Part shown: piece after piece, positions 12,716-23,973 of the stretch
Layout of the letters: each line of letters begins with the position of its first letter
Position numbering within the stretch: position 1 is the first letter of the stretch
Assembly: GCF_964213995.1 (NCBI RefSeq)
Contig: NW_027590119.1
Coordinates: forward strand, 1,550,001-1,614,000
Origin: Mustelus asterias
Taxonomy: Eukaryota
DNA length: 64,000 nucleotides
Reading direction: 5' to 3'
The notes under the pieces: generated by a model
The model's database searches: none
The model's input: the letters and a program-made list of their open reading frames with translations, nothing else
Told to the model about the DNA's origin: nothing
Position numbers and translations under genes: made by a program

Positions 12716-13011
12716 GCACGGTGGCACAGTGGTTAGCACTGCTGCCTCACAGTGCCAGGGACCTGGGTTCGATTCCTGGCTTGGGTGACTGTCTGTGCAG
12801 AGTTTGCACATTCTCCCCATGTCTGTGTGGGTTACTTCCGGGTGCTCCAGTTTCCTCGCACAATCTGAAAGACATGTTGGTAAGGTGCATTGGCCATGCT
12901 GAATTCTCCCTCAGCGTATCCATACAGGCGCCGGAATGTGGCAACTAGGGGATTCTCACATTAACTTCATTGCAGTGTTAATGTAAGCCTACTTGTGACA
13001 CTAATAAATAA
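12716..13011 (+). mobile_element. tRNA-derived SINE, HE1/V-SINE-like (tail type ending CTTGTGACACTAATAAA)
   Basis: Pol III A box TGGCACAGTGG, B box GGTTCGATTCC, V-domain-like GTTTGCACATTCTCCCC core. Confidence 0.9.
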
Positions 13012-13169
13012 CCAGGTTGTTCAGAACCATGATGTTATATAACCATGGTTGAGGGGTGGTACAGTTGTTGTGCTGCATCAGTGAGAAATTGGAAGTGAAA
13101 GAGTGAAGCAGTTTGATGAGCAAGTTGTCCACGTTCTGTCACTGGAGGAATTTCAAAATTATTGCCCCC

Positions 13170-13760
13170 AACAAAAATGGCATCTGCGCATGCGCCCTAT
13201 TGCGAGTGCCCCCGCGCAAGATGACAGCTGCGCATGCGTCTTGCTGCGACCACCCGAAAAAGATGGCGGCGGTTAACCCGGGTCTGTAACTGAGAGAAAG
13301 TTCCGGCCCCGCTCTGTGCAAAGGGCCGGGGACCATCCCCAATTACCGGTAGGTTCTTTTTCAAGGATTCGCGGTTTATGTAACGTCTTTACGAAGTCTC
13401 GCAAACCGCCCCCCTGATCCATCGCTCCCTCTGCCTCGCCATTCCCACCTTTTCTCGTTGTGGAGCTGAGCAAGATTCGGCTCCACCGCCATTAATCACA
13501 CTGCGCATGCTTCATTTACACCCCAGCCCCGCCCCTCAATAACTGATTGGAGGACCAGCTGCTCCCGCTCCGTCCTTTAGCCCCGCCCCCTCTTCCTATT
13601 GGTCCGGAACTGCTGTCAATCAGTCCCTGGGCATTGTGAGCGAAACAAACCCTTCAGAATCATTGTCAGCTCCCTGGTTTGCAGCTGCGGGGCTTCTCCC
13701 TCCCTCCCTCCCGGAACAGGCTCAGGTTAACGGCCCCATCCTGGCTCAGCCACTGGAGGA
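13170..13760. promoter_or_regulatory. Putative bidirectional CpG-island promoter (type 2) between divergent ZNF genes B and G
   Basis: NRF1-type TGCGCATGCGC at 13185-13195, further copies at 13229 and 13502; YY1-type AAGATGGCGGC at 13260-13270; GC boxes at 13526 and 13580; ATTGG at 13546 and 13598. Confidence 0.75.
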
Positions 13761-14844
13761 TGGTTCACATCAGAGGATGGGGGAGGGGGACAATAAATAA
13801 GAGGTTACACTTTGGCCTCAAATCAATTAGGACTCTGATCTCTGGGAAGGAAGGAAACCCTGGGAGGTGGGCGGGGAGGATTCACAAACACCCGCTGGAG
13901 ACCCAACACCCCCAATAAGACCCATTGGTTTTATTGTCAGTCTGCAGACAGGAGCTGGAGAACTGAACCCAGACAGAGGAGAGGGAGGGAGAAAACTGGG
14001 AGTGGAGGAAAGAAATGGTGCAGATGGTGAGATGGATTTCAGCCCAGGGAGGAGGGAGAGTGTGTGGGACGGGGATTTACAGATTTGAGGGAACAAGAGA
14101 GGAAAAAATGTTCCAGAGAAACTAGAATTGTCTGTTCAGGATTTCTATCCTGGACTGACAGTGATAGATTTTTGAAACTGCTTTTACAGATGAGGATTTA
14201 CACACAGGAAACTCAAACCAAGACAAATGTCACTTTGCGATTTTTGTAAACAGAGATTGAAGGGGTTGGACCATTTTTCTTTAGAAAATAAGGGATTACG
14301 CAGTGACCCGATAGTCTTTTAAAATTATCAGATGCTTGGACAGGGGAGATGTTGAGAAAATACTTCCAATTGAGAGAGTTTAAAACTAGCGACCATCAAT
14401 CAGCAAAGAGTGATAAATACATGATAGTTACTAATCAATCCAAGATGAAGATGAGGACAAATTTCTTTACTCACAGGTTGAGAATGTGAAATTCATTAAT
14501 ACAGGAAGCGGTTGAGGAAATTATTGAGCTGTTGTCAGAAGGAAAACATAAGACCATAAAATATAGGAGCACAATTAGGCTATTTGGCCCATTGTGTCTG
14601 CTCCGCTATTCAATCATGGCTGATAAGTTTATCAACCCCATTCTCCTGCCCTTTGTAACCTTTTATCCCTTTACCAATCAAGAACCTTCCTATCTCTTTG
14701 AAATGTACTCAATGACCTTGCCGCCACAGTCTTCTATGGCACTGAATTCCACAGATTCACCACCCTCTGGCTGAAGAAATTCATGACAAACGCATCAGAG
14801 AAAAAGGAATAGAAAGATCAGCTGAAAGATTGAGACGTGGTAGA

Positions 14845-15163
14845 TAGAATTTATAGCATTCCTACAATGTAGAAGGAGGCCATTTGGCCCATTGAGTCTG
14901 CACAACCACAATCCCACCCTGACCCTATACTCATAACCCCACTTATTTATCCTGGTAGTCCCCCTAACAGCAAGGGACAATTTAGCATGGACAATCAACC
15001 TAACCTGCACATATTTGGACTGAGGGGGCAAACCGGAGCACCCAAAGGAAATCCACACAGACACGGGGAGAATGTGCAAACTCCACACAGACAGTCACCT
15101 AAGGCTGGAATCAATCCCAGGTCCCTGGCATGTGAGGCAGCAGTGCTAACCATTGTGCCGCCC
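14845..15163 (-). mobile_element. HE1/V-SINE-like tRNA SINE (CR1/HER1-like tail)
   Basis: Reverse complement of the SINE head at 15110-15163 and of a tail GGCCAAATGGCCTCCTTCT. Confidence 0.9.
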
Positions 15164-15708
15164 ATGATGGGATAGGAGGAGATGTGTGTCGAGTATAAAC
15201 AACAGCAGGTTAGTTGGACCAAATGGACTGTTTGTGTCTGATAAGTTTGAAGTAATTCAATTTAAACTCCTTTCGCAGAATATTTGCAGATTGGAAATTC
15301 AAACTGAATATCATGTCAAGATTGGTCAGAGTCACTTGATTCATCAGGATCATCATCAGCCTATGAATGTGGAAGGAGAAATGTTGTCTGTTTTGTCTTT
15401 GGGAAATGATTCAAATATCAGTGTGACTGGAAAAGAACCGAGACACACATCTAAGCAATTTTCCGCAGTTTTCTGGAACAGAGCTTTAACCAGTCACACA
15501 GCATGAAAAGAAACTGCACATTTACATCAGGAGACACCTTACTCGTGTTGTGTTTGTGGATCAGGCTTCAACTGATTACCATATGAACAAGGAACAGCAA
15601 CAGGCCATTCGGCCCCACCAGCCTGCTCTGTCATTTAATAACATCATGGCTGATCTGATAGTGACTTCAAATCTCACCCCACCTACGCCCAATAACCTGT
15701 CGTTAACC

Positions 15709-16848
15709 ATGGAGAAACCATGGAAATGTGGAGACTGTGGGACGGGATTTAATTACCCGTCTGAATTGGAAACTCATCGACGTATTCACACTGGGGAGAG
15801 ACCGTTCACCTGTCCTGTGTGTGGGAAGGGCTTCACTCAGTCATCCAGCCTCTACACACACCAGCATGTCCATACTGGTGAGAGGCCATTTACTTGTGGG
15901 AAGGGATTTAATGCTTTATCAAACCTCCAGACTCACCACCAAGTTCACTCTGATCAGAGACCGTTTAAATGTTGTGACTGTGGGAAGAGTTTTAAAAGTA
16001 AAATGGATTTATTGATTCACCAACGCACTCACACTGGGGAGAGGCCATTCATCTGCTCCGTGTGTGGGAAGGGATTCACTCAGTCATCCCACCTCCTGAC
16101 ACACCAAAGTGTTCACACTGATCAGAGACCATTTAAATGTTATGACTGTGAGAAGAACTTTAAAAGTAAAACGGATTTATTGATTCATCAGCGCACTCAC
16201 ACTGGGGAGAGGCCGTTCATCTGCTCCGTGTGTGGGAAGGGATTCACTCAGTCATCCCACCTCCTGACACACCGATTTGTTCACACTGATCAGAGACCTT
16301 TCAATTGTTCTGAATGTGAGAAAACATTTAAAAGCAAAAAGGATCTTCTGAAACACCAAAACACTCACACTGGGGAGAGGCCATTCACCTGCTCTCCCTG
16401 TGGGAAGGGATTCACTCGGTTAGCTAACCTTCTGAGACACCATCAAGTTCACACTGGGGAGAGGCCGTTTACCTGCCCTGTGTGTTGTCAGGAATTCATT
16501 GATACATCTAACCTTCTGATACACCGGCGAGTTCACACTGGAGAGAGACCTTACACTTGCCCCCTGTGCGGCAAGAGATTCACTCAGTCATCCCACCTGA
16601 CTACACACCAACTTGTTCACACTGACCAGAGACCTTTTGAATGTTCTGATTGTGAGAAGAGATTTAAAAGTAAACAGAATCTGCTGAAACACCAGCGAGT
16701 TCACACTGGGGAAAGGCCGTTCAACTGCTCCATGTGTGGGAAGGGATTCGCTCAGTCAAACAACCTGCTGAAACACCAGCAAGTTCACAGGCAACAGCAG
16801 GGGTTGGATTCTGCTGTTATTGCTGCTGTTAATCACACCCAGGACTGA
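15709..16848 (+). CDS. C2H2 zinc-finger gene G (12 intact fingers, 1 degenerate, C-terminal extension)
   Basis: ACCATGG start at 15709 (MEKPWKC); finger 3 lacks one Cys through a 3-aa deletion; ends [20 protein letters not shown]. The upstream part of the listed ORF derives from a ghost finger and a CR1 tail. Confidence 0.9.
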   Translation: MEKPWKCGDCGTGFNYPSELETHRRIHTGERPFTCPVCGKGFTQSSSLYTHQHVHTGERPFTCGKGFNALSNLQTHHQVHSDQRPFKCCDCGKSFKSKMDLLIHQRTHTGERPFICSVCGKGFTQSSHLLTHQSVHTDQRPFKCYDCEKNFKSKTDLLIHQRTHTGERPFICSVCGKGFTQSSHLLTHRFVHTDQRPFNCSECEKTFKSKKDLLKHQNTHTGERPFTCSPCGKGFTRLANLLRHHQVHTGERPFTCPVCCQEFIDTSNLLIHRRVHTGERPYTCPLCGKRFTQSSHLTTHQLVHTDQRPFECSDCEKRFKSKQNLLKHQRVHTGERPFNCSMCGKGFAQSNNLLKHQQVHRQQQGLDSAVIAAVNHTQD

Positions 16849-16869
16849 ATAGTGTCTGGTTACCAGTGA

Positions 16870-17180
16870 GGTTCCACAGTTTTGTGGTATATATCAATGA
16901 CTTAGACTTAAATGTAAGGCTCATGATCCAGTTTGCAGATGAAACAACAATTGTATTTGTGTTTAACAATCCAGAAGAAAGCCGTGGACTGCAGGAAGAT
17001 ATCAGTGGGCTGGTCAGATGGGCAGAAAAATGGCACATGGAATTCGATCTGGAGCAGTGAGAGAGAATGAATTTGGGACATTAGACAAGACAAGGGAATT
17101 AACAGTAAAGGGATGATGCTGAGTATTATAGAGGATCAGAGAGAACCTGGAGTCAACATCCAGGCATCCGTGAAGGAGGC
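16870..17180 (+). mobile_element. Old CR1 RT fragment
   Basis: FVVYINDLD...QFADET...WAEKWHMEFD in ORF 16866..17060. Confidence 0.7.
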
Positions 17181-17892
17181 GAGGGATGACGAGGGAAGGG
17201 CCATGGATGTCGTCTATATGGACTTTAGTAAAGCGTTTGACAAAGTCCCTCATTGTAGGTTGGTGCAAAAGGTTGGATCTCATGGGATAAAGGGGGAGGT
17301 GGCTAGATGGGTGGAGAACTGGCTTGGTCACAGAAGACAGAGGGTGGTCGTGGAAGGGTCTTTTTCCGGCTGGAGGCCTGTGACTAGTGGTGTTCCGCAG
17401 GGCTCTGTATTGGGACCTCTGCTGTTTGTGATTTATATAAACGAACTGGAACAAGGTGTAACTGGGGTGATCAGTAAGTTTGCGGATGACACAAAAATGG
17501 CTGGACTTGCAGATAGTGAGGAATGTTATCAGAGGCTACAGAAGGATATAGATAGGCTGGAAATTTGGGCAAAGAAATGGCAGATGGAGTTCAATCCGCA
17601 TAAATGCAAAGTGATGCATTTTGGTAGAACTAACGTAGGGGGGAGCTATACGATAAATGGCAGAACCATAAAGGGTGTAGGTACGCAGAGGGACCTGGGT
17701 GTGCAAGTCCACAGATCCTTGAAGGTGACGTCACAGGTGGAGAAGGCAGTGAATAAGGCATATGGCATGCTTGCCTTTATAGGACGGGGCATAGAGTATA
17801 AAAGTTGGGGTCTGATGTTACAGTTGTATAGAACGTTGGTTCGGCCGCATTTGGAATACTGCGCCCAATTCTGGTCGCCACACTACCAGAAG
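17181..17892 (+). mobile_element. CR1 (family B) RT fragment, cut at its 3' side by element C
   Basis: DFSKAFDKV, GVPQGSVLGP, FADDTK; ends at WSPHYQK. Confidence 0.9.
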
Positions 17893-20578
17893 AACATAAG
17901 AAATAGGAGCAGGAGTAGGCCATCTAGCCCCTCGAGCCTGCCCCGCCATTCGATAAGATCATGGCTGATCTGACGTGGATCAGTACCACTTACCTGCCTG
18001 ATCCCCATAACCCTTAATTCCCTTACCGATCAGGAATCCATCCATCCGCGCTTTAAACATATTCAGCGAGGTAGCCTCCACCACCTCAGTGGGCAGAGAA
18101 TTCCAGAGATTCACCACCCTCTGGGAGAAGAAGTTCCTCCTCAACTCTGTCTTAAACCGACCCCCCTTTATTTTGAGGCTCTGTCCTCTAGTTTTAACTT
18201 CCTTACTAAGTGGAAAGAATCTCTCCGCCTCCACCCTATCCAGCCCCCGCATTATCTTATAAGTCTCCATAAGATCCCCCCTCATCCTTCTAAACTCCAA
18301 CGAGTACAAACCCAATCTCCTCAGCCTCTCCTCATAATCCAAACCCCTCATCTCCGGTATCAACCTGGTGAACCTTCTCTGCACTCCCTCCAATGCCAAT
18401 ATATCCTTCCTCATATAAGGGGACCAATACTGCACACAGTATTCCAGCTGCAGCCTCACCAATGCCCTGTACAGGTGCATCAAGACATCCCTGCTTTTAT
18501 ATTCTATCCCCCTCGCGATATAGGCCAACATCCCATTTGCCTTCTTGATCACCTGTTGTACCTGCAGACTGGGCTTTTGCGTCTCATGCACAAGGACCCC
18601 CAGGTCCCTTTGCACGGTAGCATGTTTTAATTTGTTTCCATTGAGATAGTAATCCCATTTGTTATTATTTCCTCCAAAGTGTATAACCTCGCATTTATCA
18701 ACGTTATACTCCATTTGCCATATCCTCGCCCACTCACTCAGCCTGTCCAAATCTCTCTGCAGATCTTCTCCGTCCTCCACACGATTCACTTTTCCACTTA
18801 TCTTTGTGTCGTCTGCAAACTTCGTTACCCTACACTCCGTCCCCTCCTCCAGATCATCTATATAAATGGTAAATAGTTGCGGCCCGAGTACCGATCCCTG
18901 CGGCACGCCACTAGTTACCTTCCTCCAACCGGAAAAACACCCATTTATTCCGACTCTTTGCTTCCTGTCGGATAGCCAGTCCCCAATCCACTTTAACACA
19001 CTACCCCCAACTCCGTGTGCCCTAATCTTCTTCAGCAGCCTTTTATGGGGCACCTTATCAAACGCCTTTTGGAAATCCAAAAACACCGCATCCACCGGTT
19101 CTCTTCCATCAACCGCCCTAGTCACATCTTCATAAAAATCCAACATGTTCGTCAAGCACGACTTTCCCCTCATGAATCCATGCTGCGTCTGATTGATCGA
19201 ACCATTTCTATCCAGATGCCCTGCTATCTCCTCTTTAATAATGGATTCCAGCATTTTCCCTACTACAGACGTTAAGCTGACCGGCCTATAGTTACCCGCC
19301 TTTTGTCTCCTTCCTTTTTTAAACAGCGGCGTAACATTAGCCATTTTCCAATCAACCGGCACTACCCCAGAATGCAACGAGTTTTGATAAATAATCACTA
19401 ACGCATCCACTATTACCTCTGACATTTCTTTCAATACCCTGGGATGCATTCCATCTGGACCCAGGGACTTGTCCACCTTCAGTCCCATTAGTCTACCCAG
19501 CACTGCCTCTCTGGTAACATTAATTGTATTAAGTATTTCTCCTGCTGCCAACCCTCTATCGTTAATATTTGGCAAACTATTTGTGTCCTCCACTGTGAAG
19601 ACCGACACAAAAAACTTATTTAAAGACTCAGCCATATCCTCATTTCCCACTATTAACTCCCCCCTCTCGTCCTCCAAGGGTCCAACATTCACTCTAGCCA
19701 CTCTATTCCTTTTTATATATTTATAAAAACTTTTACTATCATTTTTTATATTAATTGCTAGCCTAGCTTCATAGTCTATCCTTCCTTTCTTTATCGCTTT
19801 CTTAGTCTCTCTTTGTTGTTTCTTAAATTTTTCCCAATCACTTGTTTCTCCACTATTTTTGGCCACTCTGTACGCAGCTGTTTTTATTTTAATACTCTCC
19901 TTTATTTCCTTCGTTATCCACGGCTGGTTCTCCCTTTTCTTACAATCCTTGTTTTTTGCTGGAATATATTTTTGCTGAGAACTGAAAAGGATCTCCTTAA
20001 AAATCCTCCACTGTTCCTCAGCTATCCTACCTGCCAGCCTGCTCTCCCAGTCTACCTTAGCCAATTCATCCCTCATCCTATCATATTTCCCTCTGTTCAA
20101 ACAGAGGACACTGGTTTGGGACCAAACTTTCTCCTCTTCCATCTGAATCAGAAATTCGACCATATTGTGGTCACTAGACCCAAGAGGGTCCTTCACAATA
20201 AGATCCTTAATTCTACCTACCTCGTTACACAATACCAGATCCAAAATAGCTCGTTCCCTCGTCGGTTCCGTAACATGCTGTTCAAGGAAACTATCCCGAC
20301 AGCATTCTAAGAACTCTTCCTCCATTCCACCCTTACCGACTTGAGTCTGCCAGTCAATGTGCATGTTGAAGTCCCCCATGATTATTGCCGTTCCGTTTTT
20401 ACATGCATCGCTTATCTGCTTGTTTATAGCCCTCCCTACCTCAACATTATTATTTGGGGGCCTATATACCACACCTACTAGTGTCTTTCTCCCTCTACTA
20501 TTCCTCATCTCCACCCATAATGATTCCACGTTTTGTTCCTCAGAACCTATGTCATCCCTCAGTACTACCCTGATATTA
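17893..20578 (-). mobile_element. Young CR1 LINE (family C), 5'-truncated, with an uninterrupted ORF2 (partial endonuclease plus RT)
   Basis: About 865 codons open from the 5' truncation to 17980: GVVYRPP, MGDFN, SSDH, NYRPVSLTS, GVPQGSVLGP, FADDTK; CTTATGTT tail. Confidence 0.95.
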
Positions 20579-20594
20579 TCAGTACTACCCTGAT

Positions 20595-22225
20595 GTTGTT
20601 GAGGGGAGTACTGAGATGCAGGCTGTTGGACTGGATGGGATTGATGTTCATAAGGAGGAGGTGTTAGCAATTCTGGAAAGGGTAAAAATAGATAAGTCCC
20701 CTGGGCCGGATGGGATTTATCCTAGGATTCTCTGGGAGGCTAGAGAGGAGATTGCAGAGCCTTTGGCTTTGATCTTTGTGTCGTCATTGTCTACAGGAAC
20801 AGTGCCAGAAGACTGGAGAATAGCAAATGTTGTCCCCTTGTTCAAGAAGGCGAGTAGGGACAACCCTGGTAATGAGAGACCGGTGAGCCTTACTTCTGTT
20901 GTGGGCAAAGTATTGGAAAGGATTATAAGAGATAGGATTTATAATTACCTAGAAAGGAATAATTTGATTAGGGATAGTCAGCACGGTTTTGTGAAGGGTA
21001 GGTCGTGCCTCACAAACCTTATTGAGTTCTTTGAGAAGGTGACCAAAGAGGTGGATGAGGGTAAAGCGGTTGATGTGGTGTATATGGATTTCAGCAAAGC
21101 GTTTGATAAGGTTCCCCATGGTAAGCTTTTGCAGAAAATACAGACATATGGGATTGAGGGTGATTTAGTGGTTTGGATCAGGAATTGGCTAGCTGTAAGA
21201 AAACAAAGGGTGGTGGTTGATGGGAAATATTCATCCTGGAGTTCAGTTACTAATGGTGTACCGCAAGGATCTGTTTTGGGGCCACTGCTGTTTGTCATTT
21301 TTATTCATGGCTTGGATGAGGGCGTGGAAGGATGGATTAGTAAATTTGCAGATGACACTAAAGTCGGTGGAGTTGTAGACAGTGCGGAGGGAAGTGGCAG
21401 GTTACAGAGGGACATAGATAAGCTGCAGAGCTGGGCTGAGAGGTGGCAAATGGAGTTTAATGCGGAAAAGTGTGAGGTGATTCACTTTGGAAGGAGTAAC
21501 AGGAATACAGAGTACTGGGCTAATGGTAAGATACTTGGTAGTGTGGATGAACAGAACTGGGTGTCCATGTGCATAGATCCCTGAAAGTTGGCACCCAGGT
21601 TGATAGGGTTGTTAAGAAGGCGTACGGTGTGTTAGCTTTTATTGGTAGAGGGATTGAGTTTCGGAGCCAGGAGGTCATGCTGCAGCTGTACAAAACTCTG
21701 GTGCGGCCGCATTTGAAGTATTGCGTACAGTTCTGGTCACCGTATTATAGGAAAGATGTGGAAGTGTTGGAAAGGGTGCAGAGTAGATTTACCAGGATGT
21801 TGCCTGGTATGGTGGGAAAATCGTATGAGGAAAGGTTGAGGGGCTTGAGGTTGTTTTCGTTAGAGAGAAGGTTAAGAGGTGACTTAATAGAGGCATACAA
21901 GATGATCAGAGGATTAGATAGGGTGGATAGTGAGAGCCTTTTTCCTCGGATGGTGTTGGCTCGCACGAGGGGACATAGCTTTAAATTGAGGGGTGAGAGA
22001 TATAGGACAGATGTTAGAGGTAGGTTCTTTACTCAGAGAGTAGTAAGGGCGTGGAATGCCCTGCCTGCAGCAGTGGTGGACTCGTCAGCGTTCAAGTGGT
22101 TATTGAATAAACATATGGATGATATTGGAATAGTGTAGATTAGAGGGGCTTTAGATTGGTACCACTGGTCGGCGCAACATCGAGGGCCGAAGGGCCTGTA
22201 CTGCGCTGTAATGTTCTATGTTCTA
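20595..22225 (+). mobile_element. 5'-truncated CR1 LINE (family D) with a frameshift near 21556
   Basis: ORFs 20616..21584 and 21569..22138 together give RT plus C-terminus; GGCCGAAGGGCC and TTCTATG tail. Confidence 0.92.
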
Positions 22226-22285
22226 ATGTGTGAAATATACAATGTGGCCCTCGTACTGGAAAGTTTGGAGACCCCTGATTTAAAC
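22226..22285. mobile_element. Orphan right end of a hAT/Charlie-type DNA transposon or MITE
   Basis: AGTTTGGAGACCCCTG at 22262-22277 (reverse CAGGGGTCTCCAAACT, resembling MER58/MER1-type TIRs), followed by ATTTAAAC, which fits the NTYTARAN Charlie target. Confidence 0.55.
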
Positions 22286-22507
22286 AATGCCTGAGAACGC
22301 TTCTTAACTTCTTAATCAACTACCTACCACTGTTTGTTGATTGGTCAGACCCCCTTTTCACAGATTCAGGTATCTCAGCCGCTGAACACCAGCCAGTCCT
22401 GGAATAAGTTTAATTCTAACTCAATGAGGAAATATTCTCACCAGGTCCTCTGTCAGGGCACTGCTAAGCAGCTTTAATGGTCCGTGATTGCAGAAGTTGA
22501 GCTGTAG

Positions 22508-23736
22508 TCAAATTTGATTGAGTTTTTTGAAGGGGTAACCAAGAAGATAGATGAGGGCAGTGCAGTTGATGTTGTCGACATGAACTTTAGCAAGACCTCT
22601 GACAAAGGACCGCATGGTAGGTTGTTGCATAAGGTTAAAATCTCACGGGACCCCGGGTGAGGTATCTAAATGGATACAAAATTGGCTTCTGTCATGGTTG
22701 TCGAGGGTTGTTTTTCAAACTGGAGGACTGTGACCTCAGGGATCAGTACTGGGTCCACTGTTATTTGTCATTGATATTAATGATTTGGGTGAGAATATAG
22801 GAGGCATGGTTAGTAAGTTTGCAGATGACACCAAGATTGGTGGCATAGGGGACAGTGAAGAAAGTTATCTCCGATTGCAATGGGATCTTGATTAATTGGG
22901 CCAGTGGGTTGACGAATGGCAGATGGAGTTTAATTTATACAAACGCGAGGTGATGCATTTTGGTAGATTGAGCCAGGGCAGGACTTACTCAGTTAATGGT
23001 AGGGCGTTGGGGAGAGTTAGAGAACAAAGAGATTGAGGGGTACATGTTCATAGCTCCTTGAAAGTGGGGTCACAGGTGGACAGAATGGTGAAGAAGACAT
23101 TTGGCATGCTTGGTTTCATTGATCAGAACATTGAATACAGGAGTTGGGACGTCTTGTTGAAGTTGTACAGGACATTGGTAAGGCCACACTTGGAATACTG
23201 TGTGCAGTTCTGGTCATCCTATTATAGAAAGGATATTATTAAACTAGAAATAGTGCAGAAAAGATTTACTAGGATGCTACTGGGACTGGATGGTTTGAGT
23301 TATAAGGAGAGGCTGGATAGACTAGGACTTTTTTCTTTGGAGCATAGCAGGCTGAGGAGTGATCTTATAGAGGTCTATAAAATAATGAGGGGCATAGACA
23401 AGGTAGATAGTCAATATCTTTTCCCAAAAGTAGGAGAGTCTAAAACTAGAAGGCATCAGTTTAAGGTGAGGGGAGAGATACAGAAGTGTCGAAAGGGGCA
23501 ATTTTTTCACACAGAGGGTGGTGAGTGTCTGGAACAAGCTGCCAGAGATAGCAGTAGAGGCGGGTACAATTTTGTCTTTTAAAAAGCATTTAGATAGTTA
23601 CATGGGTACGATGGGTATAGAGGGATACGGGCCAAATGCGGGCAATTGGGATTAGCTAAGGGGTTTTAAAAAAAGGGCAGCATAGACAAATTGGGCCGAT
23701 GGGCCTGTTTCCATGCTGTAAACCTCTATGACTCCA
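22508..23736 (+). mobile_element. Degenerate 5'-truncated CR1 (family E)
   Basis: RT C-terminal motifs in ORF 23058..23582; same family as 35506..37098 and 42797..44255; CTCTATGA tail. Confidence 0.9.
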
Positions 23737-23973
23737 TAGTCCAGTCCCATAATGCCTCACATTCAAACTACAGTCCATCAATTATCACAGAATCTGTGGC
23801 TTTATATAGCTGCCTCGGCCATGGTCAACCCCAACACTGCCTTCCTGAACTGCTGCAATGCCTGAGGTGTAAGTACACCCACAGTGCTGTTAGGGAGGGA
23901 TTTCCAGCTACACATTCCAGACTTTCACTTGAATGTAAGTGGGTTCCAGATTGATATATTCCATTCAACCACA

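Noticed and set aside
12716-12790. tRNA-like A/B boxes (also at 15110, 26800, 35300, 48450, 59740, 60455)
   Set aside because: They continue into a shared SINE body and tail, so they are SINE heads rather than tRNA genes.
20579-20670. N-terminal ~30 aa of the 896-aa ORF as a real start
   Set aside because: It derives from junction filler and antisense element D; element C is 5'-truncated within the endonuclease domain.
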